Translations under genes and position numbers: made by a program
In this document: piece after piece, positions 19,193 through 27,893 of the stretch
Layout of the letters: each line of letters starts with the position of its first letter
Position numbering within the stretch: position 1 is the first letter of the stretch
Notes under the pieces: model-generated
Told to the model about the DNA's origin: nothing
The model's database searches: none
The model's input: only the letters and a program-made list of their open reading frames with translations
Source of the DNA: a virus
IMG/VR virus record: IMGVR_UViG_3300045988_059857
Span: 4,514-68,513 of that record
Length of the DNA: 64,000 nt
Strand: one strand, 5' to 3'

Positions 19193-19501
19193 ATGGCAAC
19201 AGAAAGAAATTCTAGAGGTCAGTTCGAGAAAGGACGAGCAAAGACTGGAGGTAAACAGAAGGGATATGAATCTCCTATCAAGAAGGAGTTTCGTGAACTC
19301 TGTGCCGATTTTTCCAGAGAGGCCTGGGATGATTTTATGGAAGCTTGGTATAAGTGCGAGCCTAAAGACAAGGTATCAACTTTCATCAAAATACTGGAGT
19401 TTAATTGCCCTAAGCTACAGACCGTCACTCTTGACGATAAGCGTGAGGTTCACAATGCGCTTACCGAGAAGTTAAGACAGATGTCAGAAGAGGAAGGATG
19501 A
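19193..19501 (+). CDS. small basic protein, possible DNA-binding / small-terminase-like protein (uncertain)
   Basis: ORF of 102 aa. The N-terminus, NSRGQFEKGRAKTGGKQKG, resembles the basic Gly-rich N-termini of some phage DNA-binding proteins. It is bracketed by its own late promoter and a terminator. Confidence 0.6.
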   Translation: MATERNSRGQFEKGRAKTGGKQKGYESPIKKEFRELCADFSREAWDDFMEAWYKCEPKDKVSTFIKILEFNCPKLQTVTLDDKREVHNALTEKLRQMSEEEG

Positions 19502-19583
19502 TTCTTTTTCGTTTAAATAGTACGATTGTTTTTTCATAGGTTTTAGGTTTAGTGGTTTTAAGATTGTAAGTTAGGATAAGAGT

Positions 19584-19609
19584 AAGGGGAATGCGTGAGC
19601 ACTCCCCTT
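19584..19609 (+). terminator. hairpin with GTGA tetraloop between convergent genes
   Basis: Sequence aagggga-a-tgc-gtga-gca-c-tcccctt, that is 7 bp plus 3 bp with a 1x1 internal loop, followed by cttgttt. Confidence 0.5.
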
Positions 19610-19657
19610 CTTGTTTCCAATTCTTTCCAGTTGTTTCCAAATTGGAAAGATTCACTA

Positions 19658-19936
19658 TCAGCGACCGCCTCTAGCCCTTCTATCCCCAGCCATGTCCGTC
19701 TTGGAACCACGATTCACCGATGATGGCTTATACCTGATTCCTGAACATGTATGGCTAGCATCCATACCCTTGCGAGAAGCTGCCCCATACTTCTTATCGT
19801 GGGCAGCGTTGTGCCGAGCCAATTCCCTACGCTTAGCCTTCTGAGCAGGGGAAGACTCGAACTTAGTATCGTAGGAAGCCTTTCGTGCCCTAGCTGCTGG
19901 GTGAGTTCTATAATAATTTGCTGATTCTGATACCAT
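19658..19936 (-). CDS. hypothetical basic protein
   Basis: ORF of 92 aa with a canonical ATG. It is packed tightly against the next gene. Confidence 0.6.
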   Translation of the reverse strand: MVSESANYYRTHPAARARKASYDTKFESSPAQKAKRRELARHNAAHDKKYGAASRKGMDASHTCSGIRYKPSSVNRGSKTDMAGDRRARGGR

Positions 19937-19938
19937 AG

Positions 19939-20304
19939 TTACTCCTTATCTTTGTCTTCCTTCAACGCATCATCAAGATACTTGTCAAGAGCCTTAATGC
20001 ACTTATCAGGAATCTTATTAGCATCCTTGTTTTCTTTGAGATAATCAATAGTGCCACCTACTCCATAGATGATAAGCAGACTCTTTGTGGAAGGGATGAA
20101 TACACAAATAGTTGCACCAAAAACCAAAGCATATATAGAACACTTAATCTTTCTTTTTATCATTTTAAAAGGTTCTTCATAATCAGAACCGAACGTAATC
20201 GTCCAGAAACCTAAACCAAGTAACACTAAAATAGAAAAAAAAACGACAACTTCACCACAAGCATGCAAGTTGCCCAAAACACCTAACCAATATAATTCAC
20301 TCAT
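19939..20304 (-). CDS. hypothetical membrane protein (about 3 TM)
   Basis: ORF of 121 aa with hydrophobic segments VVVFFSILVLLGLGFW and IYALVFGATICVFI. Confidence 0.65.
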   Translation of the reverse strand: MSELYWLGVLGNLHACGEVVVFFSILVLLGLGFWTITFGSDYEEPFKMIKRKIKCSIYALVFGATICVFIPSTKSLLIIYGVGGTIDYLKENKDANKIPDKCIKALDKYLDDALKEDKDKE

Positions 20305-20328
20305 AATCTTAAATTTAAATTAATATAT

Positions 20329-20709
20329 CTATCTCCAATAAAGTTCACGATGTTCCTTCTTCAACAAATCCCCAGTTCTGCACCACCAGTCATTCGGACT
20401 CGCTTTAAGATACGCTTCCTCCTCAGGGCAGTACTCTTCATGAGTAAGGATAGGATGAGAGGTAGGCTTGAACTGATGCACACACAGCAAGTCTGCATGA
20501 TTGCCACCATAAATTCTTGGTGGCATAACATCTTTCGCCTGATGCCATACCTTGTTGAGGTCAATGAGGTCTGCACCATCCAGTTCCTTCAAAGCATCAT
20601 CAATATAACCCAGCACACGATTCAAGACTTCTGCCCTATCCGTGCCGCCCTTAGCAATTAACCACTTAGCATCACTCAGGGCACTTCTAATCAATTCATT
20701 CAATTCCAT
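20329..20709 (-). CDS. hypothetical protein
   Basis: ORF of 126 aa with an ATG start. Confidence 0.6.
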   Translation of the reverse strand: MELNELIRSALSDAKWLIAKGGTDRAEVLNRVLGYIDDALKELDGADLIDLNKVWHQAKDVMPPRIYGGNHADLLCVHQFKPTSHPILTHEEYCPEEEAYLKASPNDWWCRTGDLLKKEHRELYWR

Positions 20710-20712
20710 AAG

Positions 20713-21162
20713 CTATTTATCTTTAATATTCTGAAATATCTCTTTCAATTTTTCTCTTTGCTTTTCGATTCTATCCCTCTTCTCCTTTTTTGTAAGTTTC
20801 TTAATTGGAGGGTAATCTTTGACAGCTTCAACAAACAAGTTCCTTATATCATCAACAAAAACTTCGGTGTTACTAATACGAAGTGTTTTAATGTTTAAAC
20901 CCAAAAGTTCTTTATCTCTGATTTTGTCTTTTTCTTGTCTGTCAGCATGAGACCACCCATCAACCTCAATAGCGACCTGAATGCTTGGAAGATAAATATC
21001 TATAAAATATACATGGTCGTTAACAACTATAGGATGCTGTATCTTTGCCGACTTTTTATATTTTCGAGGCAACTTCTCTAACAAGAACCTCTCCGCTTTA
21101 GGGCGTGTAGAAATTAATTTTCTACGATTTTCCCTTATCCATATCTCTAATTTTTTATTCAT
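20713..21162 (-). CDS. DUF559 / Vsr-like (PD-(D/E)xK fold) endonuclease-domain protein
   Basis: The pattern YFIDIYLPSIQVAIEVDGWSHADRQEKDKIRDKELLGLNIKTLRISNTEV matches the y.lDf...klaIEvDG..H....D..R...L...G...lR pattern of DUF559 as I recall it. Confidence 0.6.
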   Translation of the reverse strand: MNKKLEIWIRENRRKLISTRPKAERFLLEKLPRKYKKSAKIQHPIVVNDHVYFIDIYLPSIQVAIEVDGWSHADRQEKDKIRDKELLGLNIKTLRISNTEVFVDDIRNLFVEAVKDYPPIKKLTKKEKRDRIEKQREKLKEIFQNIKDK

Positions 21163-21471
21163 ATACTATAAAATTTAAAATGGATAGATTTTTGATTCCT
21201 TTGGATTCTAGGTTCCCCTTAACGCACACGTGTGTGAGCGCATCAGAAAACCTAAGATGTCATGGATGAGTTCCGTCAACCCCCATCATCTGGTCACTTG
21301 ATAATTCTACATCAGTTAACCTAAGCAGCATAAGGAGTAGATTCCCCTCCGCTCGTCTTCTGCTATTAGTTCCTACGATTTGCCATGCGGTCTTCCTTGC
21401 AATTTATAGACTTGATGAATCGGAAGGTATCTAGCCCATAGTCTTCCATCTTGTCTTGTCAAAAACTCTGG

Positions 21472-21578
21472 GATAAAAAAGAGGAATCCCAAGGTCATGT
21501 TGCGCTAACCAAGGGATTCCATATCTCGTAGGCTTAAAGCCTGAAAGGAGGACAAATCTGTATGTGTCAATCGCAACT
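21472..21578 (-). ncRNA. candidate about 105-nt small RNA or terminated leader
   Basis: A canonical promoter (next feature) is followed by an ORF-free transcript. That transcript has a small hairpin (aggct/agcct) and a 12-position stem (8+2 bp, 2 mismatches) at 21481-21518. On the minus strand the stem is followed by tctttttta. The transcript contains CCUCC. Confidence 0.3.
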
Positions 21579-21585
21579 TTGACGA

Positions 21586-21617
21586 TGCAAAGATAGAAAT
21601 AATTTTTGGAACCTCCA
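21586..21617 (-). promoter_or_regulatory. canonical Bacteroidota promoter TTTG-N20-TATCTTTG
   Basis: On the minus strand the -33 TTTG is at 21614-21617, the spacer is 20 nt, and the -7 box is at 21586-21593. Confidence 0.5.
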
Positions 21618-21810
21618 AATGATAAAAAGTGTTGAATATAAAAGAAATCGAAAATAGATATTAGTAGATGTACAATAGGTACACAATAGATGTACAACAG
21701 GTATCAATGTTAATCTAAGTTAAAGTCTTTTTGAAAACTAATTATGAATAAGATTTAATTCTTATATTTGTTGTTGGCAAGTTCGTTACTTTGCAAAGAT
21801 TAACACTTTA

Positions 21811-21831
21811 TTGTTACTATTTTGTTACCCA
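21811..21831 (+). repeat. 21-bp direct repeat copy 1 (TTGTTACTATTTTGTTACCCA)
   Basis: Exact match to 22057-22077. It lies in the ORF-free region upstream of the integrase and is a candidate arm-type site. Confidence 0.8.
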
Positions 21832-21995
21832 CTAAAAACAAAGAAATAAGAAACTATCTATAAACCAGACATTTAGCCAATAAAACAAATCATATTGGAA
21901 TAATAAAGATAGTAAATAGCCTACTTCAAGCCATCTGTTACCTAATGTATATCAAATGTATATCTAAACTTTTAGTTATCAACACTTTACCTTTA

Positions 21996-22013
21996 CGGAA
22001 AATTAATTTTCCG
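21996..22013. repeat. perfect 18-bp palindrome CGGAAAATTAATTTTCCG
   Basis: Read directly from the sequence. It lies about 90 nt upstream of the integrase -7 box. An adjacent tandem AATGTATATC(A) x2 is at 21944-21964. Confidence 0.8.
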
Positions 22014-22056
22014 AAAGATAGATATACATTACCTATACATCAGATACGTGTTAGTT

Positions 22057-22077
22057 TTGTTACTATTTTGTTACCCA
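22057..22077 (+). repeat. 21-bp direct repeat copy 2
   Basis: Exact match to 21811-21831. Confidence 0.8.
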
Positions 22078-22104
22078 AAACTTGCGAGTAACAAAAAAAA
22101 TGCT

Positions 22105-22112
22105 TATCTTTG
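22105..22112 (+). promoter_or_regulatory. -7 box TATCTTTG for the integrase
   Basis: Matches TAnnTTTG and lies 25 nt upstream of the ATG at 22138. Confidence 0.5.
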
Positions 22113-22137
22113 CAGCAGATTTATAAAAGAAAGGCTT

Positions 22138-23301
22138 ATGGGAAGGAAGAAAACAATCGAAAAAGAACCTGTCACTATCAGATTCAAGGAACTTGCCAAC
22201 GGAAACAAGAGTGTCTATCTGGACATCTACAAGGATGGCAAGAGAACCTATGAGTTCCTGAAACTCTACATCGTACCAGATGTGGGTAGAGGTAAGGCAG
22301 AGGCAAGAAGAAAGAATGCTGAAACTATGGCTACCGCCAATGTTATCAAGGCTCAGAGAGTACTGGACATCAAAAACAGCATTTCGGGTATCATATCAGT
22401 CAAGAGCAAGATGAAGCTCATGGATTGGATAGACAACTTCAAGACTTATAAGATGAAGACATCGCAGTCTCCAAGCCGCATCGCAGCACAGATAGAATGC
22501 ACCCGAAAGCAACTCATCGCCTACAAGGGAGATAACATCAAGCTATCCAGCATTGACAAGAAGTATTGTGTGGGATTCATTGAGTTCCTGAACAACACCA
22601 AGAAGAGTAATGGAGAGCCGCTTTCAAGCTACACCAAGATTATGTACTGCAACCACCTCAATGAAATGCTCAGCAGAGCCGTGAAAGGTGGGATGATATA
22701 CAAGAATCCATTCAGCGAGGTGGATAAGCGTGAGAAGCCAAAGAAACCTGAAACTAGCAGGGTTTTCTTGGATATTGAGGAGGTGAAGAAGCTGGCAGAA
22801 ACAGAATGCAAGGTTCCAATTATCAAGCAGGCATTTATGTTCTCCTGCTTTTGCGGTTTGCGTATCTCAGACATCAGGAGACTGAAATGGTCAGACATCA
22901 GGGAAGTGACCAACGAGGATGGAACCAAGTCATGGCATCTGTCTATCATACAGAAGAAGACCAACAAGATGGTTTCCTACAATCTGTCAGGCAAGGCTAT
23001 AGAATGGTTGCCTGAGCAGGACGGAAACGAGTTCATCTTCAATGGTATGGGATGCGAACAGACGGTTCTCACTCACATCAAGGTATGGGCAGCCAATGCA
23101 GGAATCAAGAAGGACATCACCTTCCATACTGCAAGGCATACATTTGGAACCATGATGCTTACACTGGGTGCAGACATCTACACTACCAGTAAGTTGATGG
23201 GGCATACAAGAATCGCCACCACCGAGATTTATGCCAAGATTATAGATAAGAAGAAGAATGATGCAATGGGACTCATTGACAAGTTCTTCGACAAGGAATA
23301 A
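22138..23301 (+). CDS. int: tyrosine recombinase / phage integrase
   Basis: The C-terminal catalytic region is HTARHTFGTMMLTLGADIYTTSKLMGHTRIATTEIYA (R, H-x-x-R, Y). I take the first ATG, at 22138, as the start. The track start at 22048 is a GTG that overlaps the promoter. Confidence 0.92.
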   Translation: MGRKKTIEKEPVTIRFKELANGNKSVYLDIYKDGKRTYEFLKLYIVPDVGRGKAEARRKNAETMATANVIKAQRVLDIKNSISGIISVKSKMKLMDWIDNFKTYKMKTSQSPSRIAAQIECTRKQLIAYKGDNIKLSSIDKKYCVGFIEFLNNTKKSNGEPLSSYTKIMYCNHLNEMLSRAVKGGMIYKNPFSEVDKREKPKKPETSRVFLDIEEVKKLAETECKVPIIKQAFMFSCFCGLRISDIRRLKWSDIREVTNEDGTKSWHLSIIQKKTNKMVSYNLSGKAIEWLPEQDGNEFIFNGMGCEQTVLTHIKVWAANAGIKKDITFHTARHTFGTMMLTLGADIYTTSKLMGHTRIATTEIYAKIIDKKKNDAMGLIDKFFDKE

Positions 23302-23339
23302 AAAATCTCTGTAAGGCAGTCAGCCTTGCAGAGATTTTT
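23301..23339. terminator. bidirectional intrinsic terminator
   Basis: A 17-bp stem with one G.U pair (aaaaatctctgtaaggc / gccttgcagagattttt) and a 5-nt loop. It has an A-tract on one side and a T-tract on the other, and sits between convergent genes. Confidence 0.75.
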
Positions 23340-23358
23340 ATTTTTCTAGTTGGGAAAA

Positions 23359-24336
23359 TTATTTTTCTCCATTGTAATTCTTTAATATTTCGTCAGCTTC
23401 ATACTCGGACTTTGATTTTGCTGCTTTCAATTTTTGCTCCAGTTCTTGTTGCTTACGTTGTAAAGCTAATATCTTATCCTTATATGGCTTGACTCTCATC
23501 ATATACTTCCAAGCCGATTCCCCCTCGTTTCGTTTGATACCAGTTATTTTCTCCCATTTCTGTGCAAATTCCTCGTTAGTTTCTTTCGCAATCTCGGAAA
23601 GCCCAGGCGCAATTTTCTTATGCAGATTAACAAATTTCCAATAATCGTCAGACAACATTTTGCGTATCCTTTGGTCTTCAACTCTTGATGCAAATTGACT
23701 AGAATCCTCATCATCTTTCTTCTTTGGAAAAGGAAAGCTATACACTTTTTCTTTAAGAATTGGTATTGCTTTTTGTGAACTTTCCTTTTTCAGCAACATT
23801 CTATTTTGGAAATAGCTATCCTTAAAGGAAACATGACCTCCATTCTCAACAACATCTTGAAAATACAAATCGGAACCATCCAAAATTCCATCAGGATAAT
23901 ATTGTGGCTTCGTTATACCATCCTCAATAAAATATAGCGTTGAAAAACTTTTCTTGTCACTTTTTCTAATGCCAACCCTATAAATTGGTTTCTCTCCGAA
24001 CAAAGAGCACCAACACTTAGAAACAACAATATAACCAGAGATTCTTTCTCTGCCTATATACATACCATTAATATATTTATTGAAACAAGCATCGTAAATA
24101 CTTGAAATTCGTATAGGATTTGATACATCAAAACCAAAGTGACCAACTGCATTAGCGCATCTACCAAAATCCTGCTTGTTCGGTTCTGGTATTGTGCGAG
24201 GTTCACTATTCCTCATATTTCCTAGTATTTCCTTTGCTCTTTTTTCACTTAGCTCACGATTCACGCTTATTATTCTCTGTACAAATATTATAGCAATAAT
24301 AGCCAAAAGCAACATTATACCAATAAATACTTCCAT
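23359..24336 (-). CDS. N-terminally membrane-anchored protein of unknown function (lysogeny-module cargo)
   Basis: ORF of 325 aa. The TM segment is VFIGIMLLLAIIAIIFV. The C-terminal motif GESAWKYMMRVKPYKDK is shared with the neighbouring gene. Confidence 0.75.
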   Translation of the reverse strand: MEVFIGIMLLLAIIAIIFVQRIISVNRELSEKRAKEILGNMRNSEPRTIPEPNKQDFGRCANAVGHFGFDVSNPIRISSIYDACFNKYINGMYIGRERISGYIVVSKCWCSLFGEKPIYRVGIRKSDKKSFSTLYFIEDGITKPQYYPDGILDGSDLYFQDVVENGGHVSFKDSYFQNRMLLKKESSQKAIPILKEKVYSFPFPKKKDDEDSSQFASRVEDQRIRKMLSDDYWKFVNLHKKIAPGLSEIAKETNEEFAQKWEKITGIKRNEGESAWKYMMRVKPYKDKILALQRKQQELEQKLKAAKSKSEYEADEILKNYNGEK

Positions 24337-24463
24337 TATATTACCCCCATTCTTTTATGAACCAACACTAAGTCATTTCCTTTCATTACCACCAATATCC
24401 AGTTCAGCATTGTACCCAAGATAATAGAAAGTACTATTAACAGAAGAATTAATAAAAACACAT

Positions 24464-24979
24464 TCATACATTATACCATTTACGAGATTTTATCTCTTTC
24501 ATTTTATCACGATATTCATTCACTCTTTTCATGTAGTCTTCCCTGCTTTCACCGAAGTCCTGCATCGGTCTTTCAGGTGTTTTTATGTTTGCTATAACAT
24601 CTTCTTTAATTGACTCAAAAGCAATATATGAACCAATAGGATTTACCAGCAACTTAATAGTCTCTAATATAGTTGCTCGCCCTAAAGTGAAATCTTGGTA
24701 AATTCCCAATATCACACCTATCACAAGAACAATCATCAATAGTAATGCCGTGACACCCTTATATCTTGGAGCAACGTAAGCACCACAATAGACAAATCCA
24801 TATCCAGCAAATCCATTCGCCAATATCGAAACTATAGCACCGACTATATTAATCGTTTCTCCATTAATAGTTACTCCCCATCCAAAGTTCAAATAACCAG
24901 TTAACATAGAAAACAAGTAACATACATACATTCCTACTATAGAAGCAGGAATAACACCAATCCATCTTAATACTTTCAT
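24464..24979 (-). CDS. polytopic membrane protein of unknown function (lysogeny-module cargo)
   Basis: ORF of 171 aa with about 4 TM segments. The C-terminal tail is GESREDYMKRVNEYRDK. Confidence 0.75.
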   Translation of the reverse strand: MKVLRWIGVIPASIVGMYVCYLFSMLTGYLNFGWGVTINGETINIVGAIVSILANGFAGYGFVYCGAYVAPRYKGVTALLLMIVLVIGVILGIYQDFTLGRATILETIKLLVNPIGSYIAFESIKEDVIANIKTPERPMQDFGESREDYMKRVNEYRDKMKEIKSRKWYNV

Positions 24980-24997
24980 TTTTCTACCACATTTTAA

Positions 24998-25396
24998 TTA
25001 CCCTACATTTGCTTGTCTCATGCCACCGCCTAAGATAGATAGTAGCTGGTCGTAGCGTTTCTCCAACTCCTCGTACTTCGCCTTCCAGACGGAATCATCC
25101 TGATGATACTCCTGCTCAGGCATATCATGCTTAGGTTCTTCGGCAACCATATAAGAAGAATCATCCGCATCTTGATTACTATACATAGTACCAACACCAC
25201 GCATCAACCACTCAGCAGACACATCAGGAAAGGCATCCAGTATCTTCGCTACGATATTGGCTGCTAAAGTTCTATCACCTCTTAACTGAGGATTCAGGGT
25301 AGCTTGCGCTACATTAATCTGTTTAGAGAGGGCGTTAACGGAAATAGATTTATCCTCTAAAACCAACTTAACTCTCTGATAAATAGTTACTTCCAT
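24998..25396 (-). CDS. cI-like HTH (XRE-family) repressor
   Basis: The N-terminal HTH is ISVNALSKQINVAQATLNPQLRGDR. It is divergent from a Cro-like gene. Confidence 0.75.
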   Translation of the reverse strand: MEVTIYQRVKLVLEDKSISVNALSKQINVAQATLNPQLRGDRTLAANIVAKILDAFPDVSAEWLMRGVGTMYSNQDADDSSYMVAEEPKHDMPEQEYHQDDSVWKAKYEELEKRYDQLLSILGGGMRQANVG

Positions 25397-25483
25397 ACAT
25401 TTTACATTTATAAATACTAACTAATTAATCTTAAAGGACTAATCTTTTTCGAGAAAATGTTTGGTAGTTTACTCGGAAAAGAG

Positions 25484-25491
25484 TACCTTTG
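25484..25491 (+). promoter_or_regulatory. -7 box TACCTTTG (early rightward promoter)
   Basis: Matches TAnnTTTG and lies 60 nt upstream of the ATG at 25552. Confidence 0.4.
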
Positions 25492-25551
25492 CAACCGTAA
25501 ACAAGTAAGTTGCTATATATTAAAAGCAAAATTACAACAAAAAATTAAGAT

Positions 25552-25749
25552 ATGCAAGTAAAAAAGATAAAAATTATCAAAGTTTCACCTGAAGGACGAA
25601 AAAAACTTGTTGAGCGGTATGGTTGCAGAAAGCAAACAATCTACAACGCTCTAGGTTTTAGAAGTCAGAGCAGTCAAGCCGAAAGCATCAGGCAGGATGC
25701 CTTGAATGAGTTCGGAGGTATAGAAGACGATAAGATAGTGTTCTACTAA
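25552..25749 (+). CDS. Cro-like small HTH protein
   Basis: ORF of 65 aa with the HTH candidate YGCRKQTIYNALG. It is divergent from the repressor gene. Confidence 0.6.
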   Translation: MQVKKIKIIKVSPEGRKKLVERYGCRKQTIYNALGFRSQSSQAESIRQDALNEFGGIEDDKIVFY

Positions 25750-25768
25750 TAATAAAGAAGGAGGTTAT

Positions 25769-26662
25769 ATGACTGGAATCGTTTACCGAGGTAAAAGCAA
25801 CCAACCTCTAACAAATAGCAAACTGGTTGCTGAGGTATTTGAAAAGCCTCATGATAATGTCCTCAAAGCAATAAGAAAGATACTTCAAGGGGGTATCGTT
25901 AAAAATGACGAGACCCCGATGTTTGAGGAAACGACCTACATCAATGAGCAGAACAAACAGAGTTACCCAATGTTCATCATGAACCAAGACGGTTTCACTC
26001 TGCTGGCGATGGGATTTAATGGCAAGAAGGCGATGGAGTTCAAACTGAAATACATAGAAGCCTTCAACGCTATGAAGAGACAGATTGAGCAAACTAAGCC
26101 ATCCGTTCCTCAGAACTATCTCGAAGCTCTCAAATCTCTGGTCAAGTCTGAGGAGGAGAAACAGCAGCTAGCCTTGGAGAACAAGCAGCAGCAAGCAACC
26201 ATCCTCACTATCAGCAAGGAGAACATGGAACTGGGCAACAAGATTACCGAAATGCTGCCGAAGGTCAGCTACTACGACAAAATCTTGCAGAGTAATGCCA
26301 CTATGACCGTCACCCAGATAGCACAAGACTACGGAATGAGTGCCATGAAGCTGAATAAAGAACTGGAAGCGATGAAGATTCAGCATAAGGTTCGAGGTCA
26401 GTGGATATTGTACGGAAAGTTCCTCACTGGTGGTTACGTTCACAGCAGAGCGGTAGATATACTAAGAAGTGATGGTCGGCACGATGTGAAGTACAACACC
26501 GAGTGGACAACAAAAGGAAGAATCTTCCTATATGAATCACTCAAAGCGAAGGGCATTCTCCCCTTAATAGAGCAGGAGAACACTCCCAGCGATAAGGGCA
26601 CTGGTGGAACAGAGCCATCCAAAGCAGCTAGTGCAAGTCAACAAACCCTCAAATTCAACTGA
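25769..26662 (+). CDS. antirepressor: Rha-type N-terminal domain + KilAC-type C-terminal domain
   Basis: The N-terminal segment is NSKLVAEVFEKPHDNVLKAIRKIL. The C-terminal segment is YYDKILQSNATMTVTQIAQDYGMSAMKLNKELEAMKIQ. A GGAGG lies 4 nt before the ATG. Confidence 0.75.
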   Translation: MTGIVYRGKSNQPLTNSKLVAEVFEKPHDNVLKAIRKILQGGIVKNDETPMFEETTYINEQNKQSYPMFIMNQDGFTLLAMGFNGKKAMEFKLKYIEAFNAMKRQIEQTKPSVPQNYLEALKSLVKSEEEKQQLALENKQQQATILTISKENMELGNKITEMLPKVSYYDKILQSNATMTVTQIAQDYGMSAMKLNKELEAMKIQHKVRGQWILYGKFLTGGYVHSRAVDILRSDGRHDVKYNTEWTTKGRIFLYESLKAKGILPLIEQENTPSDKGTGGTEPSKAASASQQTLKFN

Positions 26663-26663
26663 T

Positions 26664-26945
26664 ATGATAGACCCAGAGATTAAGGAGCAGCTAGACCGCA
26701 TCGAGCAGTATTCGCTGATAGCAGCAAAGAATGTTCTCAACATTAAGGAAGCTGCAATCATACTAGGCATGACGGTTCGAGGAGTGAGGGAGAACGTCAG
26801 AAAGCACATACTCCCCTGCTACAAGCCAAACATCAACCTACTCTACTTCAAGAAGAGTGAGTTGGAAGACTGGATGATGCAGAACCGCAGCAAGAGCATG
26901 GCAGAGATAGAATCAGAGGCAGCAGCCTATTGTGTAACCCATTAA
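26664..26945 (+). CDS. excisionase-like / MerR-type HTH DNA-binding protein
   Basis: The pattern LNIKEAAIILGMTVRGVRENVRKHILPCYKP...YFKKSELEDWM is seen. I take the ATG at 26664, immediately after the upstream stop codon, as the start. Confidence 0.6.
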   Translation: MIDPEIKEQLDRIEQYSLIAAKNVLNIKEAAIILGMTVRGVRENVRKHILPCYKPNINLLYFKKSELEDWMMQNRSKSMAEIESEAAAYCVTH

Positions 26946-27249
26946 ACAGATAAACTTATGTTCGCAGATATTATGTTCGTGGCATCTATAGCCATGTTTG
27001 TCCTCTTAATAAAGGAAATGCGCTCCTACTTCAAGGAGGTAGGCAAGTAGATATAAGGAGATTGAACCTCACAAGTTGAATTTAGTATTAAATTATTAAT
27101 TTGTTAAGTCTTGTAATGTTTCAGCCATCGAATTTTCATTCGTAAATAGCAGAGGTTTTTTGGAGTTTGCTACTCCCAGTCTCCACAAGTGATAAATATA
27201 GTCATTTTTTACTCATGTTTTTAAGTTAGTATAAATTGTTGATTAGCCA

Positions 27250-27327
27250 GCGCAAGTAACTCAGTTGGTAGAGTATGAAGGTTCATCCCCTTCGAGGTCG
27301 TGGGTTCGAGTCCCACCTTGCGCCCCA
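27250..27327 (+). tRNA. tRNA with anticodon CAT (Met or Ile2), encoded CCA, atypical 6-bp anticodon stem
   Basis: Hand-folded cloverleaf:
- Acceptor stem gcgcaag/cttgcgc.
- D arm actc-agttggta-gagt.
- Anticodon stem gaagg/ccttc plus an extra U76.G94 pair, with loop ttCATcc.
- Variable loop aggtc.
- T arm gtggg-ttcgagt-cccac.
- Discriminator C, then CCA.
Position 37 is C, which is unusual. Confidence 0.7.
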
Positions 27328-27893
27328 TATAGCCCGATTCCAAGGCTTTATATCGGATAGGATAAACCTTCCTAGAGAGGTACACGTACCCAAAAGGAGC
27401 ATCATTAACCACAGATGATGCTTAGACGTGGAAGTGGCAAGCTAATACATACACCCACTGGGTGGAATTTGGAACGCTTGGAGTTCACTTGTGAAGATGC
27501 AGACCTCATGCCGTGACCCTTAAAGATAAGGTAGCAGAAAGGTAGAAGCGCACAACTACAAATCGGTTCTAATGCAGCCAGCAAGTTGAATTTCTTTTTT
27601 TAATAGTTGATAAATAGTTCTGATTCATAAAGTAAATATATCACAATATGTGCGATTACTAGTGCTGGGAGTTCTAAGCCTCCATAAATGCAGAAGAGAA
27701 CCAAGGAGCGAGTCAGCATCCGGCAAGATTGTATAGATGTCGCTCCACAGAGGTGGCTGTTTTCTCATTACATTTAGCAGCCCCTCCTTTTCTAAAGGAA
27801 ATTGCAAATATTGACATGTTGAAATTTACCATACAAATTACATTGTGAGACGGTAGCGACCGCTCAGGTTATATTAAAATAACGAACACTCGC

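Noticed and set aside
21431-21697. An 88-aa minus-strand ORF in the int-proximal non-coding region.
   Set aside because: It spans the promoter box and terminator hairpin of the candidate small RNA. Its translation looks like a hydrophobic, low-complexity artefact, and the context argues for regulatory or att DNA.
27221-27412. A 63-aa minus-strand ORF overlapping the tRNA. The 60-aa ORF at 27625-27807 is a similar case.
   Set aside because: The first is the antisense of a well-folded tRNA. The second starts at a non-ATG codon in a region with no coding signal.
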